From assembly GCF_032062105.1 (NCBI RefSeq), contig NW_026939914.1, forward strand, positions 1 to 64,000: 64,000 bases of DNA, in the 5' to 3' direction. The notes beneath the pieces were generated by a model. That model ran no database searches and was not told where the DNA came from. It saw only the letters and a list, made by a program, of their open reading frames with translations. A program made the translations under genes and the position numbers. This document shows, piece after piece, positions 51,201 through 61,710 of this stretch. This DNA comes from Saccostrea cucullata. Lineage: Eukaryota. Positions within the stretch are counted from its first letter, which is position 1, and each line of letters begins with the position of its first letter.

Positions 51201-54200
51201 TCGGGTCCTGTGTGTAAAGTGTTACACGGGAATACAAAATAAACTTTGTTGGAAACTTTGGGCGTTTTTATTTAAAAACAGAAAGTTTCGGTGTAACATT
51301 TTAAGTGGTGGCAGCGGTAAAGGATCCTAATTAAATGTGAAATATTGTTTGAAATTTTATATATATTTGGATTTAACAAGTGGAAATAAAATGCCTAGGA
51401 AACAGGACTTGGAATTGGAATTACAACTTTCTAAACAAAAACAGGAACATGAATTGCGTTTAAAAACACTTGAATTGGAACATGAAAAAGAAATTTTGGA
51501 ATTACGTGTTCAGATAGAGAAGGCCAATTCAACACCAGGAGCACATTCGACAGGAATTCCAAAAATTAAACTTCAACCATTTAATCAGGAAAAGGATGAC
51601 ATTTTGTGCTATCTCTCTGAATTTGATGCGGTAGCTGAGCATGCAGGTTGGACTGAGAACTCAAAGGCTTTACAGCTTAGGTCACTTTTAACCGGAGAAG
51701 CTCGAGAAGTGTCGCAGCAAGTGACTTCGGGATACAGAGATCTGTATAAGGCTCTTTTGAATCGATTCGGCAAGCGCCCAGCAGACTACTTTCAGTTCCT
51801 GGAGGAAATTAAACGTAGACCAGGAGAAACTTACAGAGGATTAATGTCGAGAATAGATCTGTATTTGAGTTGTTTCATTGATGAGAAAGATCCCGTACAA
51901 AAGTTCCGAGAAGAGTATTTCTTAAAGGCGTTATCTCCTCAACAAGCCCAGTGGATTAGACGGAATAAGGGAAGTAGTGAGTTAGTTGAAGCTGCTGAGG
52001 ATTACATTCTACTAACAAAATCGGCTGAGGACAGAAAACTTCAAAATCCTAAAGTGTTAGGTGAGAAGAAGAGCCAGGAACAGGGGAACTCCGGAAAACA
52101 GAAAAGTTTGGAAAAAGTGAAATGTTTTAGCTGTGGGAACTTTGGACATTATGCAAACAAATGCCCAAAGAAAGGTAATCTAGCGTCGTGTTTCGTGAAA
52201 GGAGCATTATGGGGTTTACATTATGTTCCGGGGAAAGTGGATGATGTGGAAGTGTCAATGGTCAAGGACACTGGAACATCTATGACGCTATTGCGGGAGG
52301 ATCTTGTTGATCCAAAATGTGTTCTACATGGACAAACTACTTCCTTGGTTACAGCTATTGGACAGCCATTCGAGGCTAAGTTAGCAGTGGTTAACCTGGA
52401 AACACCAATGTTTAAGGGACATGTTCAGGTAGGTTTAGTACCTGATCTGGTTGCAGATGGTTTATTGGGAATAGATGTTCTGGAGAGGAACAAAGTCGCA
52501 GGTGTGGTTACGAGAGCCAAAGCAAAAGAACAAGAACAAAATGAAGTAAATGCCAAAAATCGCATGAATAAATGTGATGTCGAACCAAGGGACTTAAATG
52601 TCGTGGTAACTAAGGATGAGGCTGATGAAGTGAACCTTGATTTACCGGAAATTACATTACTGGCAGCAGCAGAAAATGAAATTGGAATTGAACAGCAATT
52701 TCCTAACGACACCACAGAAACAATTTCAGATCTTGTCTTTTGACATGGGCTGACACAAGTGCAGAGACAGAGTTTAAGGGATGTTTGTCAGAAATTTTCA
52801 AGAATTTTCACATCAAAGCCAGGAAAGTGTGATGTTATCTCACATACAATCAGAACAACGTCTGAGAATCCAATTACTCAGAGACCTTACAGGATACCGG
52901 AAGCTAAGAAACAGGAAGTGAAGGAGTCTTTGAATGAAATATTAGAACAAGGACTTATTACACCATCCAAAAGTCCGTGGGCCTCACCAATTGTCCTTGT
53001 CAACAAGCCTGATGGGACAATTAGAATATGTGTTGATTACAGAAAATTGAATGAAATAACTCTCACGGATCCTTATCCCATTCCACGCATGAGAAATATT
53101 TGAGAAAATTGGAAGTGCAAAATATTTGAGTAGATTTGATCTTACAAAAGGCTACTGGCAAGTTCCTCTGGCAAAGGAAACACGTGAGAAATCCGCCTTC
53201 ATCACCCCATTTGGCCTTTTCGAGTTTACAGTGATGCCGTTTGGTATGAAGACGTCTCCAGCATCATTCATAAGACTTATGGATATTTTAGATGGAACTC
53301 AAAATACTGTTGCGTACTTTGATGACATAATTGTCTACAGTCAGACGTGGGAAGACCATATCAAACATGTAACAGAGCTACTTCAGCGTATTCATGAGGC
53401 CAATCTTACCATCAGACCATCAAAATGTAAGTTGGGAGCAACAGAAATCATGTGTTTGGGACATATAGTTGGAGGGGGATCAATTCGACCAGACCCTCGG
53501 AAATTGAAGGCCATGGAGGATTTTCCGCTTCCCTTGACAAAGAAAGAATTAAGATCATTCTTGGGGCTAACTGGATACTATCGCCAGTATTTAGGAAATT
53601 ATGCGGACATAACTGTACCACTGACTGATCTACTGAGAAAAAGTCAACCCGCAGAATTAAAATGGACGGAGAGGGAAGTGCAGTCATTCAAGAAACTGAA
53701 GGAGGCCCTGATGACAGCTCCTGTTTTGGTCAATCCGAACTTCAATTTACCGTTTGTACTACAAACAGATGCGAGTAATAACGCAATTGGGGCTGTCCTG
53801 AGCCAACAGTTGCCAGATGGTGATCACCCAGTTGCTTACCTTAGTAAGTAGTAAGAAGTTACTTCCGAGGGAAAAGAATTATTCAACGATAGAGAAGGAA
53901 TTATTGGCTATCGTTTGGGCCATTGGATCGTTCTCGTATTACCTAGAACGGAGGAAGTTTTACGTAGAAACAGATCACAATCCACTAACATGGTTGCAGA
54001 ATGATAATAAAGAATAAAAATCAGAGACTTTTACGTTGGGCCCTCGCACTACAATCGTACACCTTTGAAGTTAGATATAAGAGAGGAAGCAAAAACACAA
54101 ATGCAGACGAATTATCAAGAATCTGAAAAGTGAAATGTGTTTGTGAATTATGGGCAATTTTTGTGAAAATTTTATATTCATAAAATTCAAGTGCATTCAG

Positions 54201-55430
54201 TTTGGATTTACAGTGAAATTCATTTTGGATTTATATTATTCTTTTGATGATTAATTGCTATTAACTGTTTAATACTTATTTAGTGACTGGCTAAAGTGAA
54301 TTTAGTGACTGGTTAAATTTAATGTTGCTATATAAAGAATTATGAACTTGGAAAAAATTCAACTATTGACAGTTAAATTTTTATCTTTGGAAGGGAGGTG
54401 TTAAAGTGAAATTTTGTGTGAAATTGTTTGTATAATTAATGCTTGATTTATATTATCTTAATCTTGTTGATTTGTAGTAATTGCTCTAAGCTGCAGACTG
54501 CAGTGATCTGTTTATGTGAAAAGGTCTTGACCGCTCATTAAGATTTGGCTGTGAAATTTAGCTCTTGTATCAGCATTGCTGACTTTTATCACCCGAGTCT
54601 CAGGGGGATTGAATGTCCGAAGTGCTGGCCATGAGAAAATGCAGAATTCATAGTGTTCACAATTAACGGGTTAATTTAGCAGTGATGGGCAGTCTGTAGG
54701 TTGGGCAGTTCTTAATATTTAGCGTAGAATTTGTGTGTTCAATTAGTTACTCAGTCGGGTCCTGTGTGTAAAGTGTTACACGGGAATACAAAATAAACTT
54801 TGTTGGAAACTTTGGGCGTTTTTATTTAAAAACAGAAAGTTTCGGTGTAACAGGCTTCAAAGAGTCTTGACACTGGGGGAGTTTATACAGGCGTTCGGAA
54901 TCTACAAAAACATAATGTGTAATTCATACCCACAAAGGAGAACGGAATTGGATCTATACGAGCGAGACATAGTGGAAATGGCCACAGGTTACCCAGGTAA
55001 AGGGTTTTACGAATATCACAGACAGTTTAGCTTAATTGCGGCTTCACATTTGAAGTTCAACAACATACTGGTGGACTGGTCAGTTCGCAACAATACGTTG
55101 TTCTGCAACATTTTCGCTAATGCCAAAGCACAAACTTGTTCTTGGTGCAACAGCACTCTGCATTTGTCTGGATTTTGCCCTCTGTCTAAGACATCTGTAG
55201 ACAGAAAACAAAGGGATAGAGACATAGATTCATATGGAAGGAAACGTCATTTCAGTGCAGGAAGAGAGATTTGTAACAACTTTAATGGGGCAAAAGGATG
55301 TGCACTTGCTCGTTGTAGGAATGCTCATATTTGTATTGATTGTAAGGGAGATCACTCTAGATTGAAATGCGACAGTTCAAAAAACTCTCAATGGCCCCAA
55401 ACTGGGGCCTCGAATCAACAGAAACTGTGA
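39233..55430 (+). CDS. Gag-like ORF1 of the YR retroelement, split by the Gypsy array (39233-39997 joined to 54858-55430)
   Basis: Removing the insertion restores the frame DYRL-QRVLTLGEFIQAF. N-terminal HeH/LEM-like segment (WHVSRLKEFLNNRGI..RRSVLIRL). C-terminal CSWC-x4-H-x4-C, CCCH-like and CIDC-x3-H-x4-C fingers. Confidence 0.85.
40460..40472 (+). promoter_or_regulatory. Primer-binding site, tRNA-Leu type (repeated after each 5' LTR)
   Basis: TGGTGGCAGCGGT, 7 nt after the LTR end. Confidence 0.8.
40545..43284 (+). pseudogene. Gypsy unit 1 gag-protease-RT-RNase H
   Basis: CFSCGNFGHYANKC knuckle, KDTG protease, YFDD RT and TDAS RNase H. Extra 1-nt deletion near the start (~40564), TGA at 41894 and frameshifts at ~43005 and ~43165. 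Confidence 0.93.
43547..43556 (+). promoter_or_regulatory. Polypurine tract (repeated in each unit)
   Basis: GGAAGGGAGG immediately before the LTR TG. Confidence 0.85.
44103..46843 (+). pseudogene. Gypsy unit 2 gag-protease-RT-RNase H
   Basis: Same domains and shared lesions as unit 1; SPW changed to SLW. Confidence 0.93.
47662..50399 (+). pseudogene. Gypsy unit 3 gag-protease-RT-RNase H
   Basis: Same domains and lesions; 3-bp deletion LMDRIL to LMDIL. Confidence 0.93.
50742..50844 (+). repeat. Duplicate of the left insertion flank (39895-39997) inside the Gypsy array
   Basis: GATAACGGCAGGTAAGG...GATTATAGGCTT is identical to the DIRS gag flank and is joined to a truncated LTR at a GAT microhomology. 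Confidence 0.95.
51391..54126 (+). pseudogene. Gypsy unit 4 gag-protease-RT-RNase H
   Basis: Shares the 3-bp deletion with unit 3, plus a 2-bp RT frameshift at ~53093. Confidence 0.93.
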
Positions 55431-57043
55431 TTAGCAATCTCAATTCGGAGATCACCACACCTGTAAATATTGATGTACTACAAAACATGTTGTTTGATCA
55501 TCCAAATAAAACTTTCACAGACTATTTACTACATGGTTTGAAGCAGGGTTTCCACACAGGTATACAGATCATTCCAGATAAATCATTTGAATGCAAGAAT
55601 TTAAGATCTGCAACGTTACAACCAGACGTGGTTACTGAGCTAATTCAAGTGGAGGTAAGCAAAGGATATCTTTATGGACCCTTTGACCAAATTCCCTTCT
55701 CTCAGTATCGCATTAACCCCATTGGAGTGGCTGAAAGCAAGTATTCCAAAAAGAAACGCCTTATTGTAGACATGTCAGCACCTCATAATGATGAAATGCA
55801 TCCTAGTTTGAATGAGCTGATAGACAAAGAAGAATTCTCGTTAAGCTATGTTACCCTTGACGATGCTATTCGGCTCATAAAAAATTTGTGGAAAGGAGCT
55901 CTACTGATAAAAACTGACATTACAGATGCATTCAAAATAATGCCCATATGTCACAAACTTTGGCCGTATCATGGTGTGAAATGGAACAAGAAGTACTATT
56001 TCTTCAAACGCTTAGTATTTGGTAGTCGTTCTAGCCCAAAGATTTTCGACCATTTATCTTCAGCAGTTTGCTGGATTGCGGAAAATAAGTACAATATTTC
56101 CAATATTTTGCATCTTTTGGATGATTTTCTGGTCATCGTGCCTCAGAACAACAATGCGAGTGAAATAATGCAAAGATTCCTGGACATTTTCAACAAACTA
56201 GGCATACCTCTATCTGCAAAGAAAACTGAAGGACCTTGCACAGAGCTAGAATACTTGGGAATCTTTTTAGACACTGTACGTATGGAAGCAAGATTACCGA
56301 GAGAAAAGATTAAAAGAATCTCTGAAATAGTAGAATCTTTTCTTCATCGCAAAGCATGCACGAAAAGGGAACTACTCAGTCTCCTGGGACATCTGAATTT
56401 TGCATGCCGGGTTATCCTTCCAGGCCGTTCTTTCATTTCACATTTGATATCAGTGTCTACCTCCGTCAAAATGCTGCATCACCATGTTCATCTTACCAGC
56501 ATGTGTAGAGCTGATCTCACCATGTGGGCGAAGTTCTTACGTTCTTGGAATGGTGTATCCTTTTTCATCAATGACAACATAACTGAAGCTGCAGATATGC
56601 AGCTGTATACAGATGCAACACTTGTTTCATTTGGCGGATTCTATCAAAACAAATGGTTCCAAGGACACTTCGCACCTGAAATTCTGGAAGAGCAAACTTC
56701 AATGGCCTTCTTTGAACTATATCCGATTGTTATGGCTTGTCTTCTGTGGGGGCATAATTGGCAAAGGAAAAGAATTTTATTTCACTGTGACAATAGGGCA
56801 ACGGTAGACATAATTCATAAAGGGCGATCCAAAGTTAATAGCATCATGAAATTAATGAGGACATTGACTTTTCATGCAGCAAGTAATCATTATGTCATTC
56901 ATGCAAAACATATTGAGGGCATAAAAAACTCAATAGCGGACTCTATTTCTCGTTATCAGATGGAGAGATTTCGATGCCTGGCCCCACACTCCGATCCAGA
57001 GCCCATTCCTTGCCTGCATCATTCCGAGATGTTGATGGATTAG
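55367..57043 (+). CDS. DIRS/Ngaro-type reverse transcriptase-RNase H
   Basis: RINPIG, KRLIVDMS, KTDITDAF, LVFGSRSSP, HLLDDF, LEYLGI, LYTDA, ELYPI, HCDN and ADSISR. No methyltransferase domain follows. Confidence 0.95.
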   Translation: MRQFKKLSMAPNWGLESTETVISNLNSEITTPVNIDVLQNMLFDHPNKTFTDYLLHGLKQGFHTGIQIIPDKSFECKNLRSATLQPDVVTELIQVEVSKGYLYGPFDQIPFSQYRINPIGVAESKYSKKKRLIVDMSAPHNDEMHPSLNELIDKEEFSLSYVTLDDAIRLIKNLWKGALLIKTDITDAFKIMPICHKLWPYHGVKWNKKYYFFKRLVFGSRSSPKIFDHLSSAVCWIAENKYNISNILHLLDDFLVIVPQNNNASEIMQRFLDIFNKLGIPLSAKKTEGPCTELEYLGIFLDTVRMEARLPREKIKRISEIVESFLHRKACTKRELLSLLGHLNFACRVILPGRSFISHLISVSTSVKMLHHHVHLTSMCRADLTMWAKFLRSWNGVSFFINDNITEAADMQLYTDATLVSFGGFYQNKWFQGHFAPEILEEQTSMAFFELYPIVMACLLWGHNWQRKRILFHCDNRATVDIIHKGRSKVNSIMKLMRTLTFHAASNHYVIHAKHIEGIKNSIADSISRYQMERFRCLAPHSDPEPIPCLHHSEMLMD

Positions 57044-58012
57044 AGCAAGCAGTACAGGATTTATGGGACAAGTCCTTAAGCCACTCTACCAAGCAGACGT
57101 ACAGTTCCGCTTTTCAGACTTTTATAACATTCATGCAAATGAATGGAGTAACATTTTTAAATGATGGCTTACCACCTGTAAATGAGACTGTTCTTGTTTA
57201 TTTTGTAACACATTGTAAATCAGTGTTGAAACTCAAGCATGACACTATTAAATTGTACTTAGCTGGAATTCGTTTCCACTATATAAGAGCAGGTTACGGA
57301 GATATTTTGCAGGGTTGTGACCAATTACAATATGTTTTACGAGGAATTAAAAGATCTCAAATGAATGTACATAATAAACGCTTACCTATTACTGTTGACA
57401 TTTTACAACAGCTTTTGCATGTGTTAGATAAAGGTTTTTTTTTTCCCTTTTGTAGATCTCATGTTGAAGTGTATGTTTTCTTGTGCCTATTTTGGTTTTC
57501 TCAGATGTGGGGAAATCACTTGTAAAAGTACCAACTCCTTAGAATTTGTACAGATTGGTGATGTTGTTATGCAATCCGACAAAAATGCCTTTGTTTTGAG
57601 ACTAAAATCTTCTAAGACAGATCCTTTCTCCAGAGGTGTAGATATTACAATTTATGAGAACGAACATTTGAAACCTGTACATATTATGATGTCATATTTA
57701 GAAATTCGCAAGTCTCTACCATTTTTGTTATCTTCACCTCTTTTTGTAGACAGTGAATTCAATTTAGCACCAATTTTAAGAGAAAAATTTGTACAACTTT
57801 TAAGACAACTGCTCCTACGACTAGGTTATCCTGTAAATAATTTTGCTGGTCATTCTTTCCGTATAGGAGCAGCCACTGCAGCAGCTGCTGCTGGTGTTGA
57901 AGATCATGTGATTAAAGAACTAGGTAGATGGTCTTCAAATTGTTATATCAGGTATATAAGAACTAATTCGCAAGTCATAAGGGAAGCTCAAGAAAAAATG
58001 AGTGGTAGATAA
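56974..58012 (+). CDS. Tyrosine recombinase of the YR retroelement (frameshift in T10 at 57435-57444, possibly a sequencing error)
   Basis: Core-binding N-terminus plus catalytic R (FLRCGE), K (SKTD), HSFR, GRW and Y (CYIRY). Confidence 0.92.
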
Positions 58013-58085
58013 GGTTTTCATTGATTGTTTTTTTAAAAAAAATTTGTTACAAATATTCAATTAACATTGTTCTATAATATAAATA

Positions 58086-58799
58086 CTCTTGGGGGCTTCA
58101 CTCATTACTTCGTTCATTTGGCGTTCATTCCCGGGGAATTTTGCCCCCAATATTACTTATATTTAAATTTTGTGTGTCTGAAGTGGATTTGTTCTGTTTA
58201 AATACTTCGAATGTATAGTGTAGTACATGTATATAAGAATGGTTATATTTTATGCATCAAAACAATGGGATTAGCCCATAGTTTGTACTCGAAGGTATTT
58301 GTCTGGTTATGTAGCCTGCTGGGATCAGCCCCAGGCGTGATGCACTCCTGGGATCAGCCCGGAGTGTGGGTTCTACTTTAGCCTTTAGGGATCAGCCCAA
58401 GGCTAGGTATCTTGTTTACATCCTCTCGGGATCAGACCAGAGGTCCGTCAGGTTTTCGTGGCCTGCTGGGATCAGCCCCAGGCATATCACTCCTGGGATC
58501 AGCCCGGAGTGGCGATTTGTGCTTGCCTCTAGGGATCAGCCCTAGGCGTGTTTCCTGTTGAGCATCCTCTTGGGATCAGCCCAGAGGATTGTCTTGTTAG
58601 TAGCCTGCCGGGATCAGCCCCAGGCATTGTGCACTCCTGGGATCAGCCCGGAGTTGTTTTTGGTGCTTGCCTTTAGGGATCAGCTCTAGGCAGAATTGGG
58701 TCTAATTGTTTCGAGATCAGGTTGGATTTATTTATTGATCGCAGTTAAGAGTTGGAAGGAAAGGTAGAGAAAGTAATGAGTAGCCCCCAGAGCGCCAAA
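58086..58799 (+). ncRNA. Structured non-coding region: 12 GGGAT(C/T)AGCCC hairpins with variable, self-complementary lower stems, enclosed by a long-range stem
   Basis: Cores at 58267, 58321, 58350, 58388, 58428, 58468, 58495, 58532, 58572, 58610, 58639 and 58676. Closing helix 58086-58110 / 58771-58792. Confidence 0.75.
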
Positions 58800-58949
58800 C
58801 AAGTATGAGTTTTGAGATTTACAATATTGTAAATATTTTTTCTATGTGTTCATGTTTTTTATGGATTTTTGATATGTTAAATATTAAACCAACTGAACCT
58901 CTTAAACCTTGTTTTGTTTTGTGTATAAATGAGAAGTGTTCAGCTTTAA

Positions 58950-59320
58950 GATTTATCGACGACTGATGTTTTAGAGGGCCGTGTTTGATCTGATCCTATC
59001 CTATAATGCATTGTTTTTCTTATCTTGAATAACGTTCGTTATCTCCACGTGTTTTCAGAAGTATGTAAATCGTCAGCCAGCCTTTGACTAAATGATAGAT
59101 GGTATTTTCTTCCATGGTCATTGTATCGACCATAGAACTTACAAAATGATGACCTTAATCGAGAATGCTGATCGTCATGTTTCATCGACTTGTTTGTCAA
59201 CAAATTACGTAGAGCATGCTCTTGCATATCGAATCAACTGAGATACATTAACTTTATAACTTTGATAGAGGTATATTGCTGCATAAGTTAGGGAAGATGA
59301 CGATTGAAAAGTATCATCGT
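58950..59320 (-). mobile_element. Decayed Penelope-like fragments (rest of the host element)
   Basis: Reverse-strand SQLIRYARACST and SRLRSSFCKFYGRYND. Confidence 0.65.
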
Positions 59321-60216
59321 TAGATTGGATATAAATTTATAATATTTTTTTTTAGTAAAATAAACTACATTTTTTTTTTCAAACTAGAATGTTGGAGTTT
59401 TATCATTTCAATATCTTTTAAATAAGATGAAGAATGAGTCGAATGTCAATGCTAAATATAAACATCAACATCTTAACTAGGGCCGTGACATGACATGTTT
59501 CAGATTTAGTTTAATGTCACAGCATTTACTGCAATTGGCATATTTTTAATAAATATTTGACGCCAGAGTCTAACTTTTCAATTTAGTTACCATGGTAAAA
59601 AGGATGTTTGTTTTAGAATCATCCGATTAAGCAAATGATGAGTGCACTTAAGCTATGAGACTTGGATCCCGGTGTTTGCGCAAAATAAATTCCAAAATTC
59701 ATTAACTTTTTGTATTAAACAATGTATTAAGAGCAGATTTTGATATATTTTAATGCATGAAAGTATCAAATAATGCCCAACGACACTAGCTTCTAAGACG
59801 GGTGTCTAAGAGTTTTGTCACATTGCTATTGTTATTCAAATGCATAGCAGTTTTCAACGATATTGTTTACATCGAGCAATTGTCTATTGGTCCTATTTGT
59901 ACAGAATGTATACTTTGATTCAAACTTATACATATCCAAAGCACAATGTTGGACAAATTGCGGTTCATATCTAAATTTTTGCAAAAGTCTCCAAACTACA
60001 GTCGAGTTATCCACTAAATTAAGAGGTCTCCGAAAGTCAACAATTGATATTATAATCACTTTACTTACATGATATTCCACTGTTCGATATGCTAACGCTT
60101 TCACTGAATATTTCATTGTATTTTTCATTGAAAGTTTAGGTTGTGACAGTGTCTATCATACTTCCAACTTCAATGTGGAAGATTTTTGCGCAAATTTTAA
60201 TAGGGTTTGGAGATTA

Positions 60217-60423
60217 CTGTAGATTCCATATTTTTCGTGAGTGCTTTTTTTCGCTAACAGGCTCTTTAACGTCAAATCGCGAGAATTATAATTCGCGAAT
60301 GGACGGTTGATCAACAGAATTTACATAGATTTCAGCACCATCAAAATAAAAGCGATTAAAATTTTTTTTGCGAGCGATGCTTCTCGCGAAATTAATTCCT
60401 CGCATATAATTAGGAATCTACAG
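60217..60423. mobile_element. Tc1/mariner-like MITE, TA TSD
   Basis: TA|CTGTAGATTCC ... GGAATCTACAG|TA with internal TCGCGA motifs. Confidence 0.75.
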
Positions 60424-60804
60424 TATATATCTCTTATTTTACTTTGTATTTTTCGTATAATCTCTATATTCTAAGGTTTTAAAAGAATTTTTTTTAAAAA
60501 AATTGGGTAAATGTGCAGCTTTCTAAAAATTATTGCATGACCCACCCACCCACTACCCTCACCCCCAATCATACATTGCAGTGAAGAACATCTTAAGGGA
60601 ATTGAACGTTGTAGATTTTCAATGTTCACCCCTTACATGGCATATACGCTTTTCTACGCATCTGACTTGAAAAACGAGTATAGTGTGAAAAAACATTTAC
60701 AACTTCTTTAATACTGCAAAGAAATAACAGTTTTTGATTTAACATATTATGCTTTATAAAATTTCCTTTCTGTTTTCTGAAACCTGAGTAAAAGTCATCC
60801 TTAA

Positions 60805-61170
60805 CAAACAAGTTGATGAAACAAGAATATCAGCAATCTCGTTTTAAGTCATCATTTCATAAGTTCATCGCCTGATCGATGCAATGACATTGTTATCAAA
60901 TACAATTTTATTATTGAGTCAAATACTGATTGACGTTTCTCATACTAATTGTTAGTCCATAATTTATACACTGAATTGATGACGGATTTTGCCGTTATTC
61001 CCCGATCATGACAAGGAGCACACGGCGATTGTGAACGGTTGGCAGGGGATGCTCAGGCCTCCATGGAACCTGATCCCACCTCTGATGTTTCGGAGGTCCG
61101 TGTTTGCTCTGCTCCTATTTTGTATTGTTTTATGGACTTTGATATTGAATAGTGTTCTTTATCTTCATAT
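60805..61170 (+). mobile_element. 3' end of a decayed Penelope-like element
   Basis: TNKLMKQEYQQSRFKSSFHKF followed by the CAGGGGATGCT..CCTGATCCCACCTCTG 3' UTR motif. Confidence 0.65.
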
Positions 61171-61710
61171 CCTTGTTTAAAAGAAGCACAAGGTTCGTGA
61201 AGGCAATATTTGTTTAAAAGGGGTTTCCTTGTTTTGGTTGCTAGTAGTTTAAGTAGCAGGTTCTCAAATAAAGTTTTCTGAATATTGAAATGGAATACAG
61301 TAAACCAGAGCCAAAAGGAGAATTTTAAAATCTGAGATATATGGATACAATTTTAAAAGTCATTGAAAAATACAAATTTTTAAGCAGAACAAAAACGGAC
61401 CTTTAAAACATCAGAGGTGGGAGAACTGGAAGATGTTTGAACGAAAACGTGCTTTATTTAAGGTAAAGAAATTTTTAACTCCTACACTGAAAAAATTTCA
61501 CCATTATTCCTTCTTGACACGTAGTGTATATTTTTAGGGGAAAAGATCAAGATCACAATTAAATTAACAATCTATTTTATTTGTTACCTTCAAATGTTCA
61601 GTGTACAAGATAATGCTAAAGGATATCAAAGACACTTTGTTTAAATCCTTACAAACATTCCGCAATTCTTCGAAACACACTTTATTTTTGTAATTATTGC
61701 CTAGATTTTC

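Larger units (their letters stand above)
39998..54852 (+). mobile_element. Tandem array of four integrase-less Gypsy (Gmr1-like) units sharing LTRs; 5-bp TSD GGCTT
   Basis: TG..CA LTRs at 39998-40452, 43557-44010, 47116-47569, 50672-50744 (partial), 50845-51298 and 54399-54852. Unit length 3559 bp. GGCTT at 39993-39997 and 54853-54857. Confidence 0.97.
38414..58945. mobile_element. 20.5-kb unit bounded by 11-bp TIRs (AGCTGAACACT) and TTAA TSD (Kolobok-type ends) that contains the YR retroelement
   Basis: TTAA|AGCTGAACACT at 38410-38424 and AGTGTTCAGCT|TTAA at 58935-58949. Removing it rejoins a Penelope-like RT remnant, GCCTTCAACTCGACG-TTAA-GATTTATCGACGAC (AFNSTLRFIDD). Confidence 0.8.

Noticed and set aside
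41578-53687. Repeated antisense ORFs in the Gypsy units, and antisense ORFs over the GPCR, Tx1 and gag
   Set aside because: Shadow frames of real coding sequence with no independent motifs.
58267-58690. CRISPR array
   Set aside because: The constant part is only 11 nt, the 'spacers' recur with four-unit periodicity and pair around the core, there are no cas genes, and the context is eukaryotic.
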